A stretch of 64,000 nucleotides of DNA, from positions 25,052,848 through 25,116,847 of the forward strand of contig CM120643.1 in assembly GCA_051362555.1 (NCBI GenBank), given 5' to 3'. The first letter of the stretch is position 1; each line of letters starts with the position of its first letter. This document shows positions 52,201 to 64,000 of the stretch, in pieces. Source of the DNA: Lingula anatina. Taxonomy: Eukaryota > Animalia > Brachiopoda. The position numbers were made by a program, and so were the translations under genes. The notes beneath the pieces were generated by a model. The model ran no database searches. It was not told where the DNA came from and saw only the letters and a program-made list of their open reading frames with translations.

Positions 52201-52962
52201 TGGGACAAACCACAAATATCATGCCAATACCTGGACTCATTACAGACATGACTTCTTATTATACCAAATCATTCTATCACTTAAAATGATCAGTAAGATT
52301 TTATTTTGCCAAGATGAAGAATTCACTGCAGCCATGTCTGAGCTTTTTAAATTTTCTCATTCCAAATATTTTTTAAGTTTGAATTTTTTGTTAGTTTCCT
52401 TTGACCTTTCTATTTTGCTTTTTCTTATTCATTCATTCCTTTTTTAAGTGGCCAAAGTGGGCATTTCTACTTCTGAAATCTAAAATTAATGGTTGAATTT
52501 AAGCTAATTAACTGAGCTTTTTTTTTTCCTCAAAAAATCTAGGAAGTACACATACTTCCTTCAATCAAGTTTACAACCTAATATATATATATAACCTAAT
52601 ATATAGGTATAATAATTTAATTAATTTAATTCTTAGTTTATTTTAACTTATATTCTTCATTCCCACTGACTGCTGTCACTATTAAAACAATTAGTCCTTA
52701 AAAATAATCATTTTAAATAAAATGAACAAACCAATGCATATGTATAAAACAATTTATTTCTGAAAAAAAAATGTACTTTTACATTATTTCATTTTATTCA
52801 GTTTTCAATCAATGTAATTTATCTTCCAATTGCTCAAATATCACAATTCACAATTCAAACAGGTACATTTTGGTGTATATACTGAAATAAACTGTCAATC
52901 ACATACATTACACAATCAGTTGTTGTCACTGTCATGATTTTGTTGCTTTACTTCTTCTCTTA

Positions 52963-53473
52963 AGGGGCCTGCACACGGTGAGCATTTGGCGCGCGCCACT
53001 TGCGCTGCGCCAGATGCTCGCGCTTCTCAGCTCCCCGCAAACGATGCGCTCTTTGCTCAGCAGAGCTGCCTCCCCGCCGGCCCCTTGCGGACGCACTGTG
53101 AACTGTGGGATCATGTGTTTAAGGAAACATTACATATTGTTGTTTTTTCTGATAGTAATGGATAATGGTGACCACGTTAATCAATTAGACTAACTATAAC
53201 TGTGTACATTTTTGTTGACTTCGCTGGGGGCTGCCATTTTTGTTTGTTTCCGGCTACTGGCACATGCGCATTGTTAGCATGGCGTGAGCAATCGGCGCTT
53301 GCACCCCGCACACGCTGAGACATTTGCCTCAAGAGACCAAAAAAATCAAACACGTGAGAAATTTTGCTCAGCCGCGCGTGAGGCAAAAATCTCACCAAAA
53401 TACCCCCGCACACGATGAGAAAATGGTGCAGTGCAAGTGGCGCGCGCCAAATGCTCACCGTGTGCGGGCCCCT
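52963..53473. mobile_element. PIF/Harbinger-type MITE
   Basis: ~40-bp TIR agggg..gcacacggtgagcatttggcgcgcgccacttgc; TTA TSD on both sides. Confidence 0.85.
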
Positions 53474-53998
53474 TTAGACTACTCTTTCTGTGTTAAAAAC
53501 ACTCCAAGTGAAAATCCAATTTCACAAAACCTGCAAACCTACCAATAGAATAGCATCCATATGTCGAAAGAGAAGAGTTTCCACTGTCAATCTAAATCTA
53601 TTGTATTCTTACCAAATTAAACAGTGGGGACATGATTTGCATATAATGGTGTACCTCATGAAAAAGATATTGAGCCAGTTAATGATACTTTCCATATAAT
53701 GTCCAACACCAACCTTGATACATTCAAAACACTTACACATGACAAATCTATGTCAAAACATATTATTTTTATTACACATTTATAAGTTGCTTTCAGACTA
53801 AACACACAATCAAGTACATCTTGAACATATTGCACAATAAAATGTTAAGACCAAAATCCCTTTATTACTAAAACCCCATATTAATTTACTCTAGGTAATA
53901 AAAGTTTCAAAAGGAAATCACATGCAGGGATGCCTGCCTACCGTTGCTTGTTATAAGATACTTCTAATAACTTCATTACTTTTACTATTTTATGTCAT

Positions 53999-54687
53999 TT
54001 AAGAAACAATTTCAACTTATATCAGTAAGAAACTAATATAAAATTAATGAAAATTTTACTTAAACTCAACAGAGACGACAATGTTTTGAGTATCCTGAAG
54101 TTTTTTAAACTATAAATGAGAGATATGTCACAAAATTCATTTTCAGATGGAGACCCACATGTGATGCTGTCAGAGGAATCAGTGCCACATATATGAGGAA
54201 AAATTTAAATGTTGACTTTTATAAGCAGCTCCCAAGTCATACCAGGAGACCACTCTTTGAAAGACAGATGTTAGATGTGCCAATGTGGCCAAAGAACGAG
54301 CCTTCCCTCACCCCCCCCCCCCCCCCCAGCAGGCACAGCCTAAACCACTCCTACCAGACAAAATGTACTGATTGACAACATATCAAATCATATCTCTCTT
54401 TAACTCTTAAAACCTTCCAAGAAGTCCTAGCCAAAGCCATGGAGGGTACCTGACACATGGGACCAGCAGAATCTGTATCTCCAATAAGGAGATCTATATC
54501 TCCAATAAGGTAAAGAGGATGACATTATCTCCATAATATTTTCTCCAGTGGTTAGGGGAGAGTCACATAAGTTACAGAGGGAGTTCTCTTAATGTCAAGG
54601 CAGTCACTGAAGGTCACAAATACCCAGTGGACTTGCCTGGTGACAATTATAGCAGTTTAAATGTTTTATTTTTATTAGAGCACTATA
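53999..54687 (+). repeat. Direct repeat copy A (second copy 58689-59364)
   Basis: Co-linear near-identical sequence flanking the 54688-58688 element. Confidence 0.92.
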
Positions 54688-55694
54688 CCCAAACAAAAAT
54701 ACTTCCTTGCAACAAGCTAGTCACAAGCTTGTGGCAAGCTACATGTAGTTTTACCCTTCGCAAGCTTGTTACAAGCAAGTTGGAAGCTTGCGCATGCTTG
54801 CATGAGGCTAGAAAGGATTTCTGCAAGCTTGCATGATATTTTTGCAGGCTTGCAGAACACTCTGCAAGCTTGCAGTTGGTCAGGGAGGTTTTCTGCAAGC
54901 ATGCAAGATATTTTTGCAAGCTTACAGAACACTATTCAAGCTTGTAATTAATAATTAAGCTTGTGATGACACTTTCTGCAAGCTTGCATGAATTTTTGCA
55001 AGCTAGGAAATCTGAACAAGCATCTGGGAATTTTAATTTCTGCAAACTTGGAGGTAAAATGTTAATATGATGAGCCTCTAGAAAGAGGTGAAAGTACTAG
55101 AGGATCATATATTCTTTGATTTTCTTATTTATATATATATATATATATATATAATTTGAGCTGCAACAAGGGCATGAATTTTCAGGGGGTTTAATGAAAC
55201 AGAAACAAAAAGATTGTTACAGTTTTACAATGCTTAAAATGTCATTTGAAACGTTATGATTTGTGTATAAGGTTTATCTTAATCTTTTCATAGACCAGAT
55301 AATTTACATATTGCAAATTAAAAAGTAAAAAAAAAAAAGAAAAAAAAATATATATATATAATTTCTAGAGTGTCAAAAATATAAGTTTATGGGAATTTGC
55401 ATTAAAATATAATATAGATAAGCTATATAAAAAAATTAACAATTTCTTTAAAAAAAAACACTGAGGAAAATATGTAAAAGCTCGTTAAAACGAAATGTAT
55501 AGTAAAATAATACCGTATTTTAAAACACAGTGTATTGTATATTATTGCAGTCATTTAGTTTGCAACGTAGGACAACGATATTGGCTCTACAGTTCACTAA
55601 CAAATTACAGAAGGGCCATTAATCTTGCTTTTAAAATCATTTCTTTGTCAGGACTAAATTAAAACACAGGAAAACTAAAGTTGTGAATTCTTAC

Positions 55695-55855
55695 GTTGTG
55701 TTATGATCGTTTGCGTGGTCGATCTCAGACTCGTCAGAGTCGCATTGGATGGAATCAGGGTCTGGATCAAGTCGCATTTTCTTTCTCAGGCGCCATTTCG
55801 TGGATTTCGATGCGCCGGCTAATGGATCATCGGCTTTGAAACGACTGTTGTACAT
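55695..55855 (-). pseudogene. Orphan first exon, possibly a transposase N-terminus (MYNSRFKADDPLAGASKSTKWRLRKKMRLDPD...)
   Basis: AAAATCATG start, 53 open codons, |GTAAGA donor; no downstream exons recognised before the element end. Confidence 0.45.
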
Positions 55856-56062
55856 GATTTTTTATGGCTAAAACTCCCAGACTTGCGTCGATTTCAAGAC
55901 CTCTTTATTACATTACATGTACAGTTCACGGAAGAAATGACCGCAGCGCCACCTATGGCGCGTAGACAAAGCACTCGTACGCATGCGCGGAAATGTCGTC
56001 TGCTCTATCTACATCTAATCCGCTGCATCAAATTCAAACTGCGAGCTCGAGAATACGAAAAA

Positions 56063-57345
56063 ATGGAAGAAAACACCGCGAATCTCTTTTGTTGGTTCGA
56101 CTGGGATGACAATACAACTAGCGTCAACAGTATAAAAATTATCAAAGAACCGAGAAAAGGCTTTCTTGAATACAAAAAAGGTGATGAAGTTGTAGCAAAG
56201 CTACCGAAATTTGGACTATAGAAAGGTGTCATTGTAGAAATTGGCGGTAAGTTTTCCTTTGTTAAACAACATACATTTTTCTAATTTAATCGTCAGTTGA
56301 GAATACACCGATATTTTTTAGAAGTATTTTATGAATGAAGTTCAAAGAATTTTTTTTTCATGCTGAAACTAGTATTGTCTGTGAGCTTAAAATCGTCATT
56401 GAGGTAGAATGTAGGTCTCCTGCAGTCCGTGCCGTCTTGAGAAACTGATAATGTAATTTTGTTACTTATTGTTACTTATTGTTGCTTTCCAACACAGGTC
56501 CCAGAGGGTCCTCTTCGTTGGACTCAATAACTTGACTTCCGGTTTTTGTCGTGTAGTCATACGTTGTTTTCATATCTGCCTTATAAGTTATAGTCATATA
56601 GTACGTCTTGGTTCCTCCAAAAATGGTCAAGTCTCTGTTTTTAAATGAGTTAATAGACTGTGCACACACAACATCTTCTGGTAAACTATTCCATAAATTT
56701 GTAGATCTAACACTGAAACTATATTTTCTTATGTCTAACTTTGGTCTTTGTACAAGAATTGTCTGTGAATTCCCCCTCCCACGGTTCCTAGATACAATGT
56801 TATTCCCATTTATTTAAAGTTTTTTTCCCCTCATTTTCTTTTGAAATTGAAATGATTAGGTAAAATTGATCCTGTTTTGTCAAATAAAGAGCCACCTCAT
56901 AGTGATTACTTGATAAAATTAAAGGAATATTTTTCTTTTTATCCCAATTCAAGAAGCCATTGTCTGACTTAACTTATATAATTAAGATTTTCAAGTATAG
57001 ACTCTGTTTTCGCCAATTCATAACAGAATTTGACTATTTTTGTACCTGGATTCTGTTTACAAAAAGCTTTCTTTAAAATTAGTAACATTACACAGCAATC
57101 TGGGAAAAATTAAGTTAACAAACAGTTAAATTGAGTTAATATAGTAATTGCAAGTACTTATCATTTTCTAATTGTCGCCAATGATTTATATGCATGAAAA
57201 TGTTTTGATCTTATTTTATAAGAATCAAAAAAAGAGCTTGAATCAGAGATGGATAAAAGACAGAAGTATCAGCTGGCAGCACACCAAGATCAGCAAGACC
57301 ATGATAAATTTGAGGATGGTAATTCTGAAGAAGAGGAATGTACTG
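56063..57345 (+). pseudogene. Transposon accessory gene remnant; exons 56063-56246 and 57223-57345, in-frame TAG at 56219-56221
   Basis: MEENTANLFCWFDWDDNTTSV...KFGL*KGVIVEIG|gtaagt; the next exon ESKKELESEMDKR... is phase-compatible. Confidence 0.55.
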
Positions 57346-58688
57346 GTAAATTTCTCTTAATGAACTAATGTCATGCACCAAAATATTTTCATTCATTGTC
57401 CATTGCCAATCAGATTGATTGTGTTAGCATTTCTTTCTATGTTGTTGCAGTCAATAACTTGGTGTTTAAACAGTGACTTCAGCTGTATTTTCATAATTGC
57501 CATACAATACGTTATAGCTATCTGTATACAATTTTACCACAAGTGATGGTGTCCAGCAAGTAGCAATGTAGTTCTTATGACAAAAGTTTCAATGTTACAA
57601 TGTTCAGTACGCAGGGGTTGGGACATTTTTTGTACATAGTAAAAATCTTGAAAAACAAAAAGTGCCATTTTTTTGAAAAACCAATGACATTTTGTATAGC
57701 CTCATACTTGAGAAAGTTGTTGGGATTAATGTGAGGTTTATCCTCTCAAAGTATCAAAGTCATGGAGTCAAATTTGATGTTGAATTTGCAGTGAAGCATA
57801 TGTACTTTTGCATCAGAATTTACAGTTACTGAAGCCTATTTTGTGCATTGTTACTTTTTGCTTTTCTGTACATTATACTACTTAATAGATTTACATGCTT
57901 GTATATATATTACATTTTTTTTAAATTTTCCTCATTGTTGGTAGATAAAGGGACACTTGCTTGTAATGTTATCCAGAAATTAATCATTACACTACTTAAT
58001 AGATGCTTGTATATATATTACATTTTTTTTCAATTTTCGTCATTGATGGTAAATAAAAGGAACACTTGCTTGTAATATTTTCCAGAAATTAATCATTACA
58101 CTACTTAATAGATTTGTATGCTTGTATATATCAACTTTTTTTTTCAATTTTCCTTGTTGTTAGTAATTCAAATTACTATTCATTTTCTGTACAATAATCT
58201 AAATAATAGATGAGTGAAACCTCCTACTCAGTAGTTATTTGTGTCAATTTTGTATGCAGTTAACCTTCAGAAAATAGTTTCAGTGTGCTTGCAGTTAAGC
58301 TTTGTGCAAGCTTGCAGTTTAGTTTGCCACAAGCTTGCAGTTTGACTTGCTGCAAGCTTGCAGTTTGACCTGTCGCAAGCTTGCAGTTTGGTCTGCTGCA
58401 AGCTTGTGGTTTTAGCTTGCCGCGAGGTTTCAATTACTTGCTCGTCGCGAGGTTCCAATTCCGAGCTTGCAAATTAAGCTTGCCGCAAGCTTGCAGTTTG
58501 GCTTGCTGCAAGCTTGCGGTTTAGCCTGTCGCAAGCTTGCAGTTTGGCCTGCTGCAAGCTTGCGGTTTTAGCTTGCCGCAAGGTTTCAATTACTAGCTCG
58601 TCGCGAGGTTCCAATTCCGAGCTTGCGAATCAAGCTTGCCGCAAGCTTGCAATAGCAATGAATTGCAAGCTTGCCATTTTTGTTTGGG

Positions 58689-59364
58689 TTAAGAAACAAT
58701 TTCAACTTATATCAGTAAGAAACTAATATAAAATTTATGAAAATTTTACTTAACCTCAATGTTTTGAGTATCCTGAAGTTTTTCAAACTATAAATGAGAG
58801 ATATGTCACAAAATTCATTTTCAGATGGAGACCCACATGTGACCCTGTCAGAGGAATCAGTGCCACATATGTGAGGAAAAATTTAAATGTTGACTTTTAT
58901 AAGCAGCTCCCAAGTCATACCAGGAGACCACTCTTTGAAAGACTGATGTTAGATGTGCCAATGTGGCTAAAGAACGAGCCTTCCCTCACCCCACCCACCC
59001 ACCCAGCAGGCACAGCCTAAACCACTCCTACCAGACAAAATGTACTGATTAACAACATATCAAATCATATCTCTCTTTAACTCTTAAAACCTTCCAAGAA
59101 GTCCTAGCCAAAGCCATGGATGGTACCTGACACATGGGTGCAGCAGAATCTGTATCTCCAATAAGGAGATCTATATCTCCAATAAGGTAAAGAGGATGAC
59201 ATTATCTCCATAATATTTTCTCCAGTGGTTAGGGGAGAGTCACATAAGTTACAGAGGGCGTTCTCTTAATGTCAAGACAGTCACTGAAGGTCACAAATAC
59301 CCAGTGGACTTGCCTGGTGCCAATTATAGCAGTTTAAATGTTTTATTTTTATTAGAGCACTATA
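58689..59364 (+). repeat. Direct repeat copy A' of 53999-54687
   Basis: Same sequence with scattered substitutions and a ~12-nt deletion. Confidence 0.92.
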
Positions 59365-59599
59365 TACTTAAGTGTGTATCTAATTGTAAATGAAATCAGG
59401 AAAGTATCATTTGAGACCAACCGCATCGACCAAAGATGCACATGACAGCGTTTTCTAGGTTAATACAGTTTCTCACACATAAGGCGTCAAATAAAACCTA
59501 TTCAGCAACTGCAAGCACAGCAGAAATTCCAAACCGGAAAATGCAGGAATAAGAAAAGAAAGCCTAAACTGGCAAAATCGGCAAAGAAGGGCAAGTCTG

Positions 59600-60074
59600 T
59601 GCAGAAGCCAGCGGCTATTGCTGATGCTGGGGATTTTCGAAAACGAAATTAATTAGCATGGACTATAGTCAAGAAAAACATGGATTGAAACTAAATATTC
59701 ATGCAATTATACAAAGCCGCATAAAATCTTTAAAGGAACTTTATACAGAAACAATGCAAGACTCGAAGTCTAAAGAGCTTGGCAAATTTCAGCGGGCCTA
59801 TTTATTTAGGTCTCAAGAAATGTATGCCAGCTCTCAGTACAAGGCATTATCTAACTGGTTTACCAAGCAAGATGTCCTGAAGAGCAAGTTGTAACTGAAG
59901 ACATTATCAAATTTAAGAACTTTGTAACAAAAGAAAAGGCTGAGCCAGACAACTTTGAAGTAGATAGATATGCTTGGTTGGGATCTTTAGTCATCTGCAA
60001 AAGAAGATGAAAGAGAGTCAACCTATATGTACACCACCACAGTTACCTCTGTTTCCCGTTTCATTGACCATCAG
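59600..60074 (+). pseudogene. Degraded coding fragment, resembles invertebrate tyrosine-recombinase-like (PTHR33480-type) proteins
   Basis: KHGLKLNIHAIIQSRIKSLK...YASSQYKALSN, then frameshifted TEDIIKFKNFV...YAWLGSLVICK; resemblance from recall only. Confidence 0.3.
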
Positions 60075-60518
60075 GTATGGTATAACTATTTACAGTGATG
60101 TTTTTTAGTATTATTGAATACAATGCCATGTCAGTTTAGATTTTTTATTTGTATGACACATTGTGAAGTTGATATAAGGTACACAAAAAGTGAGTAACCT
60201 CGGAAATACAATTATTAGATCTGATAAGAACCAAGTGGTATTGATTGAAAAAAGCCAAGAATGGGCAGGTGACAAATGCCCTGTTAGTATTAGTGCACAT
60301 GTGTATTTATTGTTAGTAGGCAACTGTATTGTCTATTGTCTTATCTTAGAGGCAGTGACAATTATTTTTTTCTTTGTTGCATAAACACTGATAGACATTC
60401 CAATAACTGATTGTCAATTGTTGTTCATTAATTTCACTTCAATTGTTGTTCATTATTTCACTAAGTTGAATTGTCATATATGTCATATATATAATTATGT
60501 AAGTCACTTTCCTTACAG

Positions 60519-61238
60519 AAACAATGCAGAATTGTTGACTAGGCAGGAGATGAAGTGAGTCATGTTTGTAAAATAATTCATTTCAGTTTTGAATCTTAAA
60601 CTGTGAAACATAGCTATAAATAATGTTTCTTTTTGGTTTAGGCTCATAATTAGACAAGGCATTTTGTGCACATAACAAAGCCACACTTTATATATATCTC
60701 TATATATAAAGTACTACCTACTTGTCGCCTGTGAGCAGTCAATCCTCACAAGGAAATACACGTGAAAGATATGTGTATATAGTTAAAGTGCTGAATGTGT
60801 CATTGCCATGGTAAGATGCAGTAGTTTAACTTTCATCCCTATCAATGGCTTAAGGAGTAAACAACTAAGAAATTAATTTTAGCCTATTTCTTGCCTGCCA
60901 CTCTCTTCTGGAATTTAGTACATTATTCTTCTTAAAATATATGTAATGAACTGTGTAAAATTCTCTATCTATGTTATTAACTACACTTTCTCTTCCTCCA
61001 TTATATTTGACTTTTTTCCCATTTCAGCATGAAGAAACTTCTCACCGAAGTTGAAGTGCTGAAAGGAATGGTGAGGACTAATACCTTATACCTAAAAAAG
61101 ATTCTGGAGAAAGAAGCAGCTTCACTGGAAATAGGTGAAGATCAACTTCTTAAAGAATTTGATCTGCCTATTTCTAGTGAAGTTGCTCTTGAGAGGGTAG
61201 AGGAACTGTTGGAAAACAAACCATATAGGCAATGCTTG
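60519..61238 (+). pseudogene. Two orphan exons (60519-60554, 61028-61238), DUF4806-like transposon-associated protein fragment
   Basis: Good splice sites; phase-compatible join gives NAELLTRQEMNMKKLLTEVEVLK...FDLPISSEVALERVEELL. Confidence 0.4.
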
Positions 61239-62029
61239 GTAAGTTTTAAAATGACATTTGTTATATTTTGCTTAGTATCCAGTATTAGTATCCTGTTAAA
61301 TTGATAATTCATTTTTTTGTTAAATGATTATAAGATGTGTGTACCATGATGACATTCTCATAGCCATGTTATATTGCGGAATTCATATGCAGACACTACA
61401 GGTAATATATTTTGTAAGCTTTGTGCCTTATGTAAACTTTAATTTGGTGTGCTTGCTTCTCATTGTCTTCTAAACATTTGTTTAATTAGATAAAATGTGC
61501 TTTCTGCGAAATAAACCTCTAGCCATGTAGATATGGAGAGGTGACTGCAATGGAACATTTTGACCTGCTGCAATCAAACCCCAACATTGCTGAAAACAAA
61601 GATTTAAGTGATCTTTGATTATATGCAGCCTTTGATGAGAAATCACAAGCCTAAATAATTATCCTGATATGGTTGAGTTGTATTGTACACATGCACTTTG
61701 TACACATCTTCCAATCAATGCACATAGCCCAAGTTCTAGAATGGTTGTTTCAGAGATGCCTATCCTTACGATTTGGCCATATTTTGTACGGATTTGACAA
61801 TTACGGAAGAATAGTTTTGAAATACGTTTTATTAGGGTATATTTAATATAACCATTGATTGAATTGTTTGTTTTTGTTTATACCGTAGTAAGTAGAGTCC
61901 ACAATACAATAGCGGAAGTGTCGTATCTAACTATCCAATCATGTCTAGTGTAAGTAACCTATGTAGGGACTGACACATGCGTATTGAAAAGATCACCAGT
62001 TTCATTCTGCTACACACGTGTTGTCAGAA

Positions 62030-64000
62030 ATGGCGGAGAAGCGTAAAGGCGAAGAAAATGACAAAAGCGCGAAGAAACGGAGCCAAAACTTTATCTCCAG
62101 CTACACATTACAGTGGCCTTGCTTAAAGGCAAGCAAACAAGGCAGTTGTCATACGTATTGCGAAGTGTGCCGCGTGGACATTTCCATCGCGCACGGTGGC
62201 TGGGATGACTGCCGCCGACATGTGCAGTCGAAGAAACACGCTGAATATGCCAAGTTGGCGAAGGCCGCAGTCAGCTCAAGCATGAGCAAGTTCTTACAAA
62301 AGACGACTCAACTGAAATATAATGTGATTGATGCGGAGGTTGCCTTCGTCGATCTCTGTGTGGAACAAAATCTCCCATTTTCAATTATGGACAAAATAAC
62401 AGCCATATGTAAAACCAAGTTCAGTGACTCTGAAATCGCCAAATCGTTTGCATGCGGGCGCTCAAAAACAACGGCAATTGTACAGAAAAATGCCCAGCAT
62501 ACCCAGAAACGTTTGATCGACATAATCAAAGACAACCCTTTTACCATATCGACAGATGGTAGCAACGATACGGAGAAACTATTCCCTCTTGTGATTAGAT
62601 GCGTCGATCCACAAACTTCTGAGGTCAGATCAGACGTGCTGAGTGTGCCGACTTGTAAAGGATCAGCAACAGGTAAAGTTGAAATTTTTATATGAAATAA
62701 TAATATTTTATTGCAATACATGTGAATATACAAACACACACACGCACATAGTAGTGAATGGAATTTTAAAACTTCGCTAATAATATATTACAATTACTTT
62801 TTGTGGGGAATATATGCATGTATTTTATTAATATACTAACACTTTCAACCCAGTCAAGTTTGTTCATCAATTGTGAAGAGAATATATTTTCTTTTGTTTT
62901 GTTTTCAGAGATTGTTCATGTTCAGTTTTTTTTTAACAATCGTTCTGCCTGCTGAATGATCATTGATGCATGATGGTGTGTATTTTTTATTTTGTTTTTT
63001 TTTTCTTATTCAATATGATTTCATAGTAGCATTATTTGTTGAGATTAAGTTAAAATATTAAAGGGACACAAAATAGGATTTTGATCGCAATGTAAAGACA
63101 TGAATCGCTTCTTGTTGAACTTACATGAGTACAATAAAAACGTTTAAAACATAAATTCAAAGATAGATGGCCTTAAACAATATCGCAAAACATAGCTATA
63201 TTCACTGTCCCCTATTCAGCCTATGTAGTCAGCCATCAAGACAAACCCGCGCTTAAGCGCAGGTTTGGATATTTCACCTTTTTCCAAAATTGTTACATAA
63301 GTATGGCGAGTGTTAGAAAAGGATGATAAAAGGTGGAAAAATGCCGTTTACCTTGGGAAAATTCGTTTGATGTTAGTTTTGGCAGGAGAATCCTCTTTTG
63401 TGTCCCTTTAACTGCTTTAGTTTATAATACTTTTATTAAAACCAATGCAAATGTTATGATTCTGTGTTGCATTATGAGTTACTTGTAAATCACATTGATT
63501 TTTATATTTTTGTTGTTATTGTAGGGAAGGCCATATTTGATCTGATTGACAAAGTGTTTCAAGATGAACACATTCCCTGGACAAATTGTATAGCACTGGG
63601 GTCTGATAATGCCAATGTGATGGTCGGGAAGAAGAATGGAGTGTATGGACATATGCTTACAGTTCACCCTTCCATTTATCTGTCTGGCTGCGCGTGTCAT
63701 CTGATTCACCATGCAGCTGAAAATGCTATTTGAATTCATTATTGAAATAAGCAAAAATGTCTTTGAAAATGTATTTTAATTTGAATTTAAATATTGTTTG
63801 ATTATATGGTATCAGTATTGTTTTATGCAATATTCATTGAGTTTGTCCTGACAAATGTTATTCAATGTTATTTGCAGCTGCTCATTGCCTTCCATTCAGC
63901 ATTGATCAGATTCTTGTGGATGTCTACTATTACCTAGACAAGAGTTCACTACGAAAATCTTCGCTCAAAGCAATGCAGGTGCTCCACGAGCTAAAAGATG
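62030..64000 (+). CDS. Spliced hAT transposase (exons 62030-62672, 63525-63725, 63878->64000); likely disabled
   Basis: BED-type Zn finger (YCEVC...HVQSKKH), STDGSND and GSDNANVM catalytic Asp motifs, CACH (CxxH) motif; second donor reads CT instead of GT. Confidence 0.85.
63062..63407. mobile_element. Kolobok-type MITE in transposase intron 1
   Basis: agggacacaaaa.aggat TIRs with TTAA TSD on both sides. Confidence 0.8.

Larger units (their letters stand above)
54688..58688. mobile_element. Internally deleted CACTA/EnSpm-like DNA transposon
   Basis: cccaaacaaaaat...atttttgtttggg TIRs; many GCAAGCTTGC subterminal palindromes at both ends; gene remnants inside. Confidence 0.7.
61751..64000 (+). 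mobile_element. hAT-superfamily DNA transposon, left end (continues beyond the window)
   Basis: cagagatgcc terminus, subterminal tacg/cgta motifs, followed by the transposase. Confidence 0.7.

Noticed and set aside
54627-54951. Overlapping ORFs rich in CKLA/LQAC
   Set aside because: Translation of GCAAGCTTGC subterminal palindromes; the same applies at 58267-58726
53999-59364. LTR retrotransposon
   Set aside because: No TG..CA ends, PBS/PPT or gag-pol; the interior is bounded by TIRs
62308-62739. 143-aa minus-strand ORF
   Set aside because: Antisense shadow of the hAT transposase exon

Overview
AT-rich, intron-containing eukaryotic DNA, probably from an invertebrate (lophotrochozoan-like repeats; taxon is inference). 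Most of the window is the 5' ~80% of a minus-strand transmembrane adenylyl cyclase of the AC2/4/7 (Drosophila Ac76E-like) group. I reconstructed it exon by exon from GT-AG junctions with consistent phases, from ~49.3 kb down to 318; the rest of C2a lies left of the window. The gene shows unusual splice architecture. It has two candidate alternative first coding exons and a pair of tandem homologous exons that must be mutually exclusive (helical domain/C1a entry). It also has a nine-copy 59-bp array built from an exon end plus its 5' splice site, and a recursive-splice-like AG|GT motif in the long first intron. The introns carry Helentron/HINE-type elements with 146- and 161-bp satellite cores, one nested antisense inside its own family member, plus several MITEs. 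Upstream of the gene (53-64 kb) lie a Harbinger-type MITE and a deleted CACTA/EnSpm-like element with divergent gene remnants flanked by a ~690-bp direct duplication. Degraded transposon-type exons and an intron-containing hAT transposase with an apparently broken splice donor follow. No rRNA, tRNA or CRISPR features are seen. Coordinates were read by eye, and family assignments come from motif recall, not searches.
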